Shown: positions 24,272 to 31,751 of the stretch, in pieces | Numbering within the stretch: the first letter of the stretch is position 1 | Layout: each line of letters begins with the position of its first letter | Assembly: GCF_001457595.1 (NCBI RefSeq) | Contig: NZ_LN831039.1 | Location: 900,001-932,000 of the forward strand | Direction: 5' to 3' | Length of the DNA: 32,000 nt | Origin: Mycolicibacterium smegmatis | Lineage (GTDB): Bacteria; Actinomycetota; Actinomycetes; Mycobacteriales; Mycobacteriaceae | The notes under the pieces: model-generated | What the model saw: the letters and a program-made list of their open reading frames with translations, nothing else | Told to the model about the DNA's origin: nothing | Database searches by the model: none | Program-made: the position numbers and the translations under genes

Positions 24272-24502
24272 GTGTTGATGAGTTTGCCTCCCCCGCCGGA
24301 TTCGTTTGGTTCTCAGCCGCCGAATGGTGGTGGGGTTCCGCCGCGGGGTGGGGGGCCTGGTGGTCAGGGATCGTATGGTGCGCCGCAGCCGGGTCAGCAG
24401 CCGTATGGGCAGTATCCGGGTCAGCCTGGTCAACCGCAGTGGGGTCCGCCGCCGCAGCAGTGGGGAGCTGCGCCGCCACCGCCGAACAGGGGGGCGCGGT
24501 AA
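24272..24502 (+). CDS. ORF fragment: Pro/Gly/Gln-rich N-terminal region of the disrupted membrane protein (would be called a small hypothetical protein)
   Basis: Track ORF of 76 aa. The likely ATG is 24278, with GAAGG 7 nt upstream. It ends at TAA 24500-24502, just after a G6 run (24489-24494). Removing one G fuses it in frame to the TM segment. Confidence 0.4.
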   Translation: MLMSLPPPPDSFGSQPPNGGGVPPRGGGPGGQGSYGAPQPGQQPYGQYPGQPGQPQWGPPPQQWGAAPPPPNRGAR

Positions 24503-24594
24503 ATGGGTGCTGATCGGCTTGGCGTTAGTCGCGGTGATCGCGTTGAGCATCGCGGGCACTGCGGTGGTTCTGAAATCAGACTCTGGCGACGGTA

Positions 24595-25023
24595 ATGGTT
24601 CGACGCCCTCGGCGCAGCGATTCAGAATTCGCAAGCGCCAACGACACGGGCCCGGCGAACCTCATCACCGAGGATCCGACGTGTGGGGCGTGGGGGCGTA
24701 TTTCCCGCGAGTTAAGCACCGCGACTAAGGCCGTGGATTGGGCTGAGCGCGATGACTCCGTTCCTGCAGATGCGTGGGACCCGGATCTGCGTGCAGCGTA
24801 CGAGGCTGCTGGGCGGGCGATGAGTAATGCGGCAGAAGGTGTGCGGGCGCTAGTTAGTGCGACGCCCCACCGGGTTATGCGAGAATTATACGGCCAATTC
24901 AATACTTTCACGAATGGCGTCGTGGAAAAAACTCCTATTTACACTGCGGCTGATTCTGAGTTAGCCACCATGTCCACTACAATTGCCTCCGCGTTATCGT
25001 CAATATGTTCTGCCGTCCAATAA
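24595..25023 (+). CDS. ORF fragment: first extracytoplasmic domain of the disrupted membrane protein (would be called a hypothetical protein)
   Basis: Track ORF of 142 aa. It has no signal peptide or TM of its own. The sequence from SEFASANDTGP…EDPTC onward looks like the ectodomain of mycobacterial Pro-rich membrane proteins. It ends at an in-frame TAA, after which the same frame continues. Confidence 0.4.
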   Translation: MVRRPRRSDSEFASANDTGPANLITEDPTCGAWGRISRELSTATKAVDWAERDDSVPADAWDPDLRAAYEAAGRAMSNAAEGVRALVSATPHRVMRELYGQFNTFTNGVVEKTPIYTAADSELATMSTTIASALSSICSAVQ

Positions 25024-25187
25024 CAAGTTGCAGCGGCAATCGCGCCGATGCTGCCTCCCTTGGATGGTACGTCAGGATCTGGCGGGGCTAACGCGGCCGC
25101 TGACCAAGAACCATTTTTAGACAGTTCCAGTTCGATCTGTTCAGACTGGAAAGCAGAGGTTGAGGATTCTAACAAAAACTTAGCAGA

Positions 25188-25538
25188 TTGCAAGGAATCG
25201 ACCCCGCAATTCCAGCAAGTGCTTGGACTCCAGAGCAGCGCTCCATAAACGAAGCGCTAAGGCCGGTGCTTGTGGAAGCTGCTAACAATTTTGAAACCAT
25301 TGGGAAACGTGCGAACGGTAACATTAATGATTTCTTGGCGGAACCTGCCACCTTAGACCAAAATCTAAAGACAGTAATTCACGGCTCGAAGTCTCCAGAG
25401 GCCGTTAGCGACATCCAAACCGCAATACCGAGGGACAACGCGGCGCCAGGTTTGGCTCCAGTGGTTTCTGATTCTGGCCAAAAAAATGCGATTCATGGGA
25501 CTCGCGAAGTTGAATCCAGTTCTGCACCAGAACCTTAG
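25188..25538 (+). CDS. ORF fragment: second repeat domain of the disrupted membrane protein (would be called a hypothetical protein)
   Basis: Track ORF of 116 aa starting at TTG. The region is AT-rich (about 44% GC by hand count over 25261-25380). Its sequence parallels the second half of the 24595-25023 domain. Confidence 0.35.
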   Translation: MQGIDPAIPASAWTPEQRSINEALRPVLVEAANNFETIGKRANGNINDFLAEPATLDQNLKTVIHGSKSPEAVSDIQTAIPRDNAAPGLAPVVSDSGQKNAIHGTREVESSSAPEP

Positions 25539-25606
25539 GTAGTTGAACCAAAGGTGCCAGTCGAACCCGTAAAGGACTTCGTTCCTGTGGCACCTGGACC
25601 CATCAG

Positions 25607-27037
25607 GTGCCTCATGCACAACAGCCGGGAGCTCCTGCGAAACCGGCGATTTCCGGTTTGCCAGGTTCCGCTCAGGCACCCGCCACGCCGAGCGGGCCAG
25701 GCATCGGTGGATCCCCCTCCGCTCCTGCCATGCCTTCAGCCCCCTCCGCTGGCGCAAGCCCACTGAGCAGCAGCAGCGGACTGGCCTCGTCCGGAACGAG
25801 CGGGGCCGAGCGAGCAGCAGACGCCACGGCCGCCGCCAGCGCTGCCGGCCCTCGTGCGCCGGTCGATCCGCTGCAACAGTTCGCGCAGTCGTTCGCGAAC
25901 TCGTCGAATCCGTCGATCCAGCCGGCATCCACGTACTCGCCGCCGATGTCGTTGGAGCCGCTCGACACCACGCCGAATCCGAGCACGCCCGCCGCCGCGA
26001 CGGTGACGCCGAGCAGCAGCCAGGCGCCGGCGGCGCCGCCACCCGCAGCGCCAACAGGCGGCGGCGGCACGCCGACCGGCATGGGCGGCGGCGGAATGGG
26101 TGGTGGCATGGGCGCGATGCCGCTGGGGCCCCGCCGACTCCGCCACCAGCGGCGCCCACCCCGGGTTGCACCCACGGCGGCCCCACCGCCCCCACCGGTG
26201 GCGCCGACGCAGGCTGGTGGCGCACAGGTCGCGCCGATCCCGGTATCGGCGGCTCGAGCCGAACGCGAAGCCGCCGCCGCGGCACGCCGGTCTGGCGTAG
26301 AGCCGTTGGAGATCGCGCGACGCGTCGCCGCGGTGTTGAACGCCGGGCCGCGTGAGCCGAAGTTCATGTGGCTGACCGGTTTGACGACCGACGGAACGAT
26401 CGTCGTTGCCAACAACTATGGCTTGGGCTACATCTCGCCGTGGGTGAAGCTGCCGGCGCCGGTGAAGTTCGCCTTCGCCGATGAGTCGATTCCGATTGCG
26501 GAGCGGGCGAAGTGGGTGACATTCCCGATCGCGGCGCTGCAAGGTTGGGCCGAGTCGCACCACACGGCGTTGCGGGCGGTGATCGCCATGGAGGACCAGT
26601 TCGAGGGATTCGACTCTGGTTGTGCCGAGATCAAGCTGCAGCCCGACGACATCCCCACCGCCGGGAAGATGGAGGGCCGCTCGCGGTTGGAGGTGCTCGC
26701 CCCTGACGTCGCGATACGGTTGGCGAGTGTTCCGGACACTGCGCTGGCCGACCTGTTGCCCCCACCGCCGGCAGACCCGGAGCCACCGGAGGACCGGCGA
26801 ATGAACCTGCTGATGGAGGTCTTCCGGCCTCTGCTGAGCAGCGACTCTGGGCGAATTCCGTTGCAGCTCAAGGCTATGGCCGAGTTCGCCGATCACATGC
26901 AGAAAATGGCGCTGCACAGTGCCTACACCGCGGCCGATGCGGAGGCCCTGCGTATCGACACCGAGGACGCCATCTACTGGCAGCACGTGGGTGTGCTGTC
27001 ACGCGACGCGCTGGGAACCATGCCCGAAGGCTCCTAG
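25607..27037 (+). CDS. Pro/Ala/Gly-rich protein with an EspK-like C-terminal domain (the 5' end may be truncated or frameshifted)
   Basis: 476 aa from GTG 25607, with no SD. The first ~210 aa are low complexity (PAPS…GGGMGGGMG…PPPPP). The C-terminal ~260 aa read IPVSAARAEREAAAAARR…LEIARRVAAVLNAG…LTTDGTIVVANNYGLGYISP…ALRAVIA…LQPDDIPTAGKMEGRSRLEVLAP…LADLLPPPP…IYWQHVG. This is collinear with the C-terminal domain of ESX-1 protein EspK (Rv3879c) as I recall it. There is no WxG-like N-terminal domain. Confidence 0.7.
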   Translation: MPHAQQPGAPAKPAISGLPGSAQAPATPSGPGIGGSPSAPAMPSAPSAGASPLSSSSGLASSGTSGAERAADATAAASAAGPRAPVDPLQQFAQSFANSSNPSIQPASTYSPPMSLEPLDTTPNPSTPAAATVTPSSSQAPAAPPPAAPTGGGGTPTGMGGGGMGGGMGAMPLGPRRLRHQRRPPRVAPTAAPPPPPVAPTQAGGAQVAPIPVSAARAEREAAAAARRSGVEPLEIARRVAAVLNAGPREPKFMWLTGLTTDGTIVVANNYGLGYISPWVKLPAPVKFAFADESIPIAERAKWVTFPIAALQGWAESHHTALRAVIAMEDQFEGFDSGCAEIKLQPDDIPTAGKMEGRSRLEVLAPDVAIRLASVPDTALADLLPPPPADPEPPEDRRMNLLMEVFRPLLSSDSGRIPLQLKAMAEFADHMQKMALHSAYTAADAEALRIDTEDAIYWQHVGVLSRDALGTMPEGS

Positions 27038-27064
27038 TCGAGTGAGCGGCACCGCTCGAGAAAA
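27038..27064 (+). terminator. Possible stem-loop terminator after the EspK-like ORF
   Basis: GAGCGG-CA-CCGCTC hairpin (27044-27057) lies 7 nt after the TAG stop. It is followed by GAGAAAAT with no U-tract, so at best it is an I-shaped mycobacterial-type terminator. Confidence 0.25.
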
Positions 27065-27137
27065 TGGCGCCGAAGAGTTACCCGCCACGCATTCGACCTC
27101 TCCGGGCCCGCCGAAAGCACCCGCTACCGTGGGTGCA

Positions 27138-28640
27138 ATGCGACGTAGTTTGACGGGGGCCGTGCTGGGCACGGTGGTGCTGGCCGGGGCGTTGGCCGGG
27201 TGTGACGCGAAGACCGAACTGCAGGCGCCGCAGGCGCAGCCGACGCCGGAGGGCGTATCGGCCGCGGCTGTGGAGTTCGCGAATCAGCTGCGCGAACGCG
27301 TCACGATCGACGCGATGATGGGCCACCTGGAGAAGCTGCAGGAGATCGCCGACAACAACGACGGCAACCGCGCGCTGGGCACCCCGGGTTACGACGCCAG
27401 CGTGGACTATGTCGTCAGCGCGCTACGCGACAAGGGTTTCGACGTGGAGACCCCGGAGTTCGAGGTGCGGTTGCCCTACGCGGAGGACCCGCAGGTGACG
27501 GTCCGCGGTCAGGCGGTCACCGCGAAGCCACTGGAGTTCACGATAGGCACCGAGGGCGTCTCGGGCCCGCTGGTGCCGGCGAAGGTGGAGGACACCCCGG
27601 GCTGTGAGGCCGGCGACTACGACGGACTCAACGTGGCCGGCGCGGTGGTGCTGGTGGATCGCGGCGCGTGCGCGTTCTCGATCAAGCAGGCCGTGGCCGC
27701 CGAGCGCGGCGCGGTCGCGATGATCGTCGCCAACAACACCGACGGCGACGAGATGGGCGGCACGCTGGGCCGGCGCACCGACGTCAAGATCCCGGTGGTC
27801 AGTGTCACCAAGGCCGAGGGCGCCCGGCTCCGCGCGAACCCTGGCCCCACGACCATCAGCCTCGTTGCGGGTGTGCGGGTCGAGAAGACGCGCAACGTGA
27901 TCGCCCAGACCGACACCGGATCGTCGTCGGACGTCGTGATGGTCGGCGCGCACCTCGACAGCGTCGCCGAGGGCCCCGGCATCAACGACAACGGCTCCGG
28001 CGTGGCCGCGGTGCTGGAGACCGCGCTGCAACTCGGCAGCAGCCCCGACGTGAACTACGCCGTGCGGTTCGGCTTCTGGGGCGCGGAGGAGGAGGGCCTG
28101 CTGGGCTCCACCAACTACGTCGAATCGCTGAACGAAGACCAGCTCAAAGACATTGCGCTGTATCTGAACTTCGACATGCTCGGTTCGCCGAACCCCGGCT
28201 ACTTCACCTATGACGGTGACCAGTCGGCCCCGCCCGAGCCGCGGGTGCCGCGCGTGCCCGAGGGCTCCGCGGGTATCGAGCGCACCCTGGCCGCCTACCT
28301 GGCCGACGCCGGGAAGATGCCGCAGGACACCAGCTTTGACGGCCGTTCGGACTACGACGCGTTCACCCTCGCCGGCATCCCTGCGGGCGGACTGTTCTCC
28401 GGCGCGGAGGAGAAGATGTCCCCGGAGGAGGCCGAGGAGTGGGGCGGCGCGGCCGACGAACCGTTCGACCCGAATTATCACAAGAACACCGATACCCTCG
28501 AACACGTGGACCGGGACGCTCTGCAGATCCACGGCGAAGGCGTGGCCTTCACCGTCGGCCTGTACTCACAAGATCAGCGGGGACGCAACGGGATACCGGT
28601 CCGCGACGACCGCACCCGCCATCAGATCAGCCCACAGTGA
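27138..28640 (+). CDS. lpqL: M28-family aminopeptidase lipoprotein with PA domain (LpqL-like), copy 1
   Basis: ORF 26919..28640 trimmed to ATG 27138; the alternative is GTG 27129. It starts MRRSLTGAVLGTVVLAGALAGC (LAGC lipobox). PA insert: GCEAGDYDGLNVAGAVVLVDRGACAF. M28 zinc ligands: GAHLDSV…[32 protein letters not shown]. 500 aa, the length I recall for Rv0418. Confidence 0.9.
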   Translation: MRRSLTGAVLGTVVLAGALAGCDAKTELQAPQAQPTPEGVSAAAVEFANQLRERVTIDAMMGHLEKLQEIADNNDGNRALGTPGYDASVDYVVSALRDKGFDVETPEFEVRLPYAEDPQVTVRGQAVTAKPLEFTIGTEGVSGPLVPAKVEDTPGCEAGDYDGLNVAGAVVLVDRGACAFSIKQAVAAERGAVAMIVANNTDGDEMGGTLGRRTDVKIPVVSVTKAEGARLRANPGPTTISLVAGVRVEKTRNVIAQTDTGSSSDVVMVGAHLDSVAEGPGINDNGSGVAAVLETALQLGSSPDVNYAVRFGFWGAEEEGLLGSTNYVESLNEDQLKDIALYLNFDMLGSPNPGYFTYDGDQSAPPEPRVPRVPEGSAGIERTLAAYLADAGKMPQDTSFDGRSDYDAFTLAGIPAGGLFSGAEEKMSPEEAEEWGGAADEPFDPNYHKNTDTLEHVDRDALQIHGEGVAFTVGLYSQDQRGRNGIPVRDDRTRHQISPQ

Positions 28641-30088
28641 CGCGGCGCCGGCTGGCCGCCGCCCTGGCCACCGCAGCCGCTGTCGCGGTGACGGCCGTGG
28701 CCTGTTCGCAGGAACCGGCCGCGCCGTCGAACGAGTTGCCGCACGACCTCGCGCAGGCGGTCACGGTCGACGCCATGTTCGGGCACCTGCGCAAGCTCCA
28801 GGAGATCGCCGACGCGAACGGCGGCAACCGCGCGCAGGGCACACCGGGTTACGACGCCAGTCTCGACTATGTCGCAGGTTTGTTGCGCGACAAAGGCTTC
28901 GAGGTCGAGACGCCCGAGTTCGAGCGACTGGGCACCGTGGGCGGCGGAAACCCGTCGCTGACCGTGTCGAGTCAGCGCTTCTCGGCGGAGCAGGCCTCGC
29001 TACTGGTACCGACCCCCGACGGTGGCCTCAACGCGCCGACGCTGCGGCCCGGGAAACCGGCGGGCTGCGCGGCGTCGGACTACAAGGGTGTCACGGTCAA
29101 AGGCGCCATCTCGGTGGTGGATGACACCGGGTGCTCGATCGTCGTCAAGCAGAACGTCGCCCTCGCCGAAGGCGCGGTCGGGTTGCTGGTGGTCAGTACC
29201 AGCCGCCCCAGCCCGGCCGGTTTGTTCACCTCCGGCTACTACGGCCAACTGAAAGTCCCGGTCGGGGTGATCGACAAGACCGCCGACGCCGCGCTGCGAC
29301 GCACTACGAGGTCCGTGCGGCTGGTGCTGGACAACAAGGCGCAGATGGTCACGTCACGGAACTTGTTGGCGCAGACGAAAACCGGATCGACCGACAATGT
29401 GGTGGTGGTCGGGGCGCACCTGGACAGCATCGCCGGTGGCCCCGGCATCAACGACAACGGTTCCGGCGTGTCCGCGATACTGGAAACCGCGCTGCAACTC
29501 GGCGGCTCACCGGCGATCAACAACGCGGTGCGGTTCGCGTTCTGGGGAGCCGAGGAGACCGGGCTGGAAGGGTCGTCGCAGTACATCCGTAAGCTCTCGC
29601 CCGAGCAACTCGACGAGCTGGCGCTCTACCTGAACTTCGACATGCTGGGCTCGACGAACACCGGCTACTTCACCTACGACGGCGACCAGTCGGCGCAGGC
29701 CGGCGACCCCAAGCCGGTGCCGGAGGGTTCGGCGGGCGTCGAGCGCACCCTCGCCGGATTCCTGAACCTGCAGGGTGTGCGTCCGGCGGACATGCCGTTG
29801 AGCGCCAACACCGACTACAGCGCGTTCATGAACGCCGGCGTGCCGATCGGCGGCGCCACCACCGGGTCGTCGCAACGTAAGACCGAGGTGCAGGCGCGGT
29901 TGTGGGGCGGCAAGTCCGGGGTCGCGTTCGACCCGAACTACCACACCCGCCGCGACAACATCGACAACGTCGACGCGCACGCGTTGTCGGTCATGGGGCC
30001 CGCCGTCGCCTTCGCGGTGGGCACCTACGCGCTGTCCACCGACGGGCCCAACGGCGTCCCAGGACGTGACCAGAGAAAGCGCAGCTGA
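28637..30088 (+). CDS. M28-family aminopeptidase (lipo)protein with PA domain, tandem paralogue, copy 2
   Basis: ORF 28439..30088 trimmed to GTG 28637, which overlaps the copy-1 stop (GTGA). It starts (M)[22 protein letters not shown]. Same motif set (GAHLDSI…[32 protein letters not shown]). Confidence 0.9.
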   Translation: MTRRRLAAALATAAAVAVTAVACSQEPAAPSNELPHDLAQAVTVDAMFGHLRKLQEIADANGGNRAQGTPGYDASLDYVAGLLRDKGFEVETPEFERLGTVGGGNPSLTVSSQRFSAEQASLLVPTPDGGLNAPTLRPGKPAGCAASDYKGVTVKGAISVVDDTGCSIVVKQNVALAEGAVGLLVVSTSRPSPAGLFTSGYYGQLKVPVGVIDKTADAALRRTTRSVRLVLDNKAQMVTSRNLLAQTKTGSTDNVVVVGAHLDSIAGGPGINDNGSGVSAILETALQLGGSPAINNAVRFAFWGAEETGLEGSSQYIRKLSPEQLDELALYLNFDMLGSTNTGYFTYDGDQSAQAGDPKPVPEGSAGVERTLAGFLNLQGVRPADMPLSANTDYSAFMNAGVPIGGATTGSSQRKTEVQARLWGGKSGVAFDPNYHTRRDNIDNVDAHALSVMGPAVAFAVGTYALSTDGPNGVPGRDQRKRS

Positions 30089-30159
30089 CACACCATTTCT
30101 TGACAGCTACTTGGCAGTTCGGAATTGAACCAGGGTGCGGCATAACCCGTGTTAGGGGT

Positions 30160-31248
30160 ATGGAAAACACCGCCTTCACGCCGTCGGGCACTTGCACCAT
30201 TGCAGGCGTTCACGGTGTACTCCCGCCCCACCGTTACACGCAGGCCGAGGTCACCGAGGCCCTACTCGACCTGCCCGGATATGCCGATTTCGAAGGCATC
30301 GTCCGGTCGCTGCACAAAAGTGCAAAAGTGAACAGCCGATATCTGACGCTTCCGCTCGAGGAATACGCCGCACTCGACGATTTCGGTGAAACGAACGGTT
30401 TGTTCATCGAACACGCCACCGAATTGGGCTGCGCCGCCCTGACGGGTGCGCTCGACGAGGCGGGCCTGCGCCCCGAGGACGTCGACCTGATCATCACCAC
30501 CACCGTCACCGGCGCGGTGGTCCCGTCGCTCGACGCCCGCATCGCCGGGCGCGTCGGGCTACGGCCCGATGTGCGGCGCGTCCCGATCTTCGGGCTCGGG
30601 TGCGTCGCCGGCGCGGCCGGGGTTGCACGGCTCAACGACTACCTGCGCGGCGCCCCGGACAAGGTCGCCGTCCTGGTGTCGGTCGAACTGTGTTCGCTGA
30701 CGCACAAGCACACACCGTCGATGCCGACCCTGGTGGCCGGGGCCCTGTTCGGCGACGGCGCCTCGGCCGTCGTCGCCGTCGGCGCCGGGCGCGCCGAACA
30801 ACTCGACCCCATCGGTCCCGACGTCCTGGACTCCCGCAGCCACCTGTACCCGGACTCGCTGCACGCGATGGGATGGGACATCGGCACCAAGGGATTCGAG
30901 ATCGTCCTGAGCGCCGAGGTGCCCGGTTTCGTGGGCCGTTACCTGGGTGACGACGTCACCGAGTTCCTCGGTGAGCACGGAGTGGCCACCGACGACGTCA
31001 GCGCGTGGGTGAGCCACCCGGGCGGGCCGAAGGTGATCGAGGCGATCATCGAGACACTGGACCTGCCTTCGGACGCACTGGATCTCACGTGGCAGTCGCT
31101 CGCCGAGGTGGGCAACCTCTCGTCGTCGTCGGTGCTGCACGTGCTGCGCGACACGATCCGCAAACGCCCACCCGCAGGAACGCCGGGTGTGCTGATGGCC
31201 ATGGGACCCGGCTTCTGCTCCGAACTCGTCCTGCTGCGGTGGCGTTGA
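30160..31248 (+). CDS. Type III polyketide synthase (chalcone/stilbene synthase family)
   Basis: ORF 30100..31248 trimmed to ATG 30160 ([31 protein letters not shown]…). Catalytic triad contexts: [11 protein letters not shown] (Cys), VSHPGGPKV (His), VGNLSSSSV (Asn). The TTG at 30100 lies inside a TTGACA hexamer that may instead be a -35 element. Confidence 0.9.
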   Translation: MENTAFTPSGTCTIAGVHGVLPPHRYTQAEVTEALLDLPGYADFEGIVRSLHKSAKVNSRYLTLPLEEYAALDDFGETNGLFIEHATELGCAALTGALDEAGLRPEDVDLIITTTVTGAVVPSLDARIAGRVGLRPDVRRVPIFGLGCVAGAAGVARLNDYLRGAPDKVAVLVSVELCSLTHKHTPSMPTLVAGALFGDGASAVVAVGAGRAEQLDPIGPDVLDSRSHLYPDSLHAMGWDIGTKGFEIVLSAEVPGFVGRYLGDDVTEFLGEHGVATDDVSAWVSHPGGPKVIEAIIETLDLPSDALDLTWQSLAEVGNLSSSSVLHVLRDTIRKRPPAGTPGVLMAMGPGFCSELVLLRWR

Positions 31249-31751
31249 TGAAGGCATTCACAGCCCTGGTCGCCGCCGTGGCCGCCGAACGGCTCGCCGA
31301 GCTCGTGGTGTCCAAACGCAACCTCGAGTGGAGTAAGACCCACGGCGGCAAGGAGTTCGGCGCCGGCCATTACCCGGTGATGGTGGCTTTGCACACCGGC
31401 CTGCTGGCCGGTGCCGCCCTGGAGGCCCGTCGGCGCCGGGTCCGCCCGGCGCTCGGCCGGCCCATGTTCGCGGTGGTGCTCGCAGCGCAGGGCCTGCGCT
31501 GGTGGTGCATCAAAACGCTGGGGCCACAGTGGAACACCCGCGTCATCGTGGTGCCCGGCGCGACGCGGGTGCTCGCCGGGCCGTACCGATTCCTGCCGCA
31601 CCCCAACTACGTCGCGGTGGTGGCCGAAGGCGTTGCGCTGCCGCTGGTCGGCGGCGCATGGCGCACGGCGCTGGGATTCACGATCGCCAACGCGCTGCTG
31701 CTGCGGACCCGCATCCGCGTCGAGAACGACGCGCTACGTAGCCTGACATGA
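31248..31751 (+). CDS. Isoprenylcysteine carboxyl methyltransferase-like (ICMT/PEMT fold) membrane methyltransferase
   Basis: ORF 31005..31751 trimmed to ATG 31248, which shares 1 nt with the PKS stop (TGATG). 167 aa with hydrophobic helices and the motif …GPYRFLPHPNYVAVVAEGVALPL… typical of ICMT-family enzymes. Confidence 0.85.
   Translation: MKAFTALVAAVAAERLAELVVSKRNLEWSKTHGGKEFGAGHYPVMVALHTGLLAGAALEARRRRVRPALGRPMFAVVLAAQGLRWWCIKTLGPQWNTRVIVVPGATRVLAGPYRFLPHPNYVAVVAEGVALPLVGGAWRTALGFTIANALLLRTRIRVENDALRSLT

Larger units (their letters stand above)
24278..25538 (+). pseudogene. Disrupted proline-rich membrane protein with two tandem extracytoplasmic repeat domains (at least 3 frameshifts plus an internal TAA)
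   Basis: Coherent protein sequence hops between frames. Frame 2 (24278-24502): MSLPPPPDSFGSQPP…PPPPN. Frame 0 (about 24490-24620): RGKWVLIGLALVAVIALSIAGTAVVLKSDSG, a TM helix. Frame 1 (about 24615-25190): SEFASANDTGPANLITEDPTCGAWG…VDWAERDDSVPADAWDPDLR…SICSAVQ-TAA(25021)-QVAAAIAPML…ICSDWKAEV…NLAD. Frame 0 (25191-25538): GIDPAIPASAWTPEQR… Restoring one G after 25190 (GAT TG[G] CAA GGA ATC) gives ADWQGIDPAIPASAWTPEQR, which parallels VDWAERDDSVPADAWDPDLR in domain 1. Confidence 0.55.

Noticed and set aside
24036-24479. 147-aa minus-strand ORF opposite the Pro/Gly-rich head of the disrupted gene.
   Set aside because: It shares wobble positions with the plus-strand reading. It is His/Ala/Pro-rich antisense of a PG-rich repeat. 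It has no SD and no motif.
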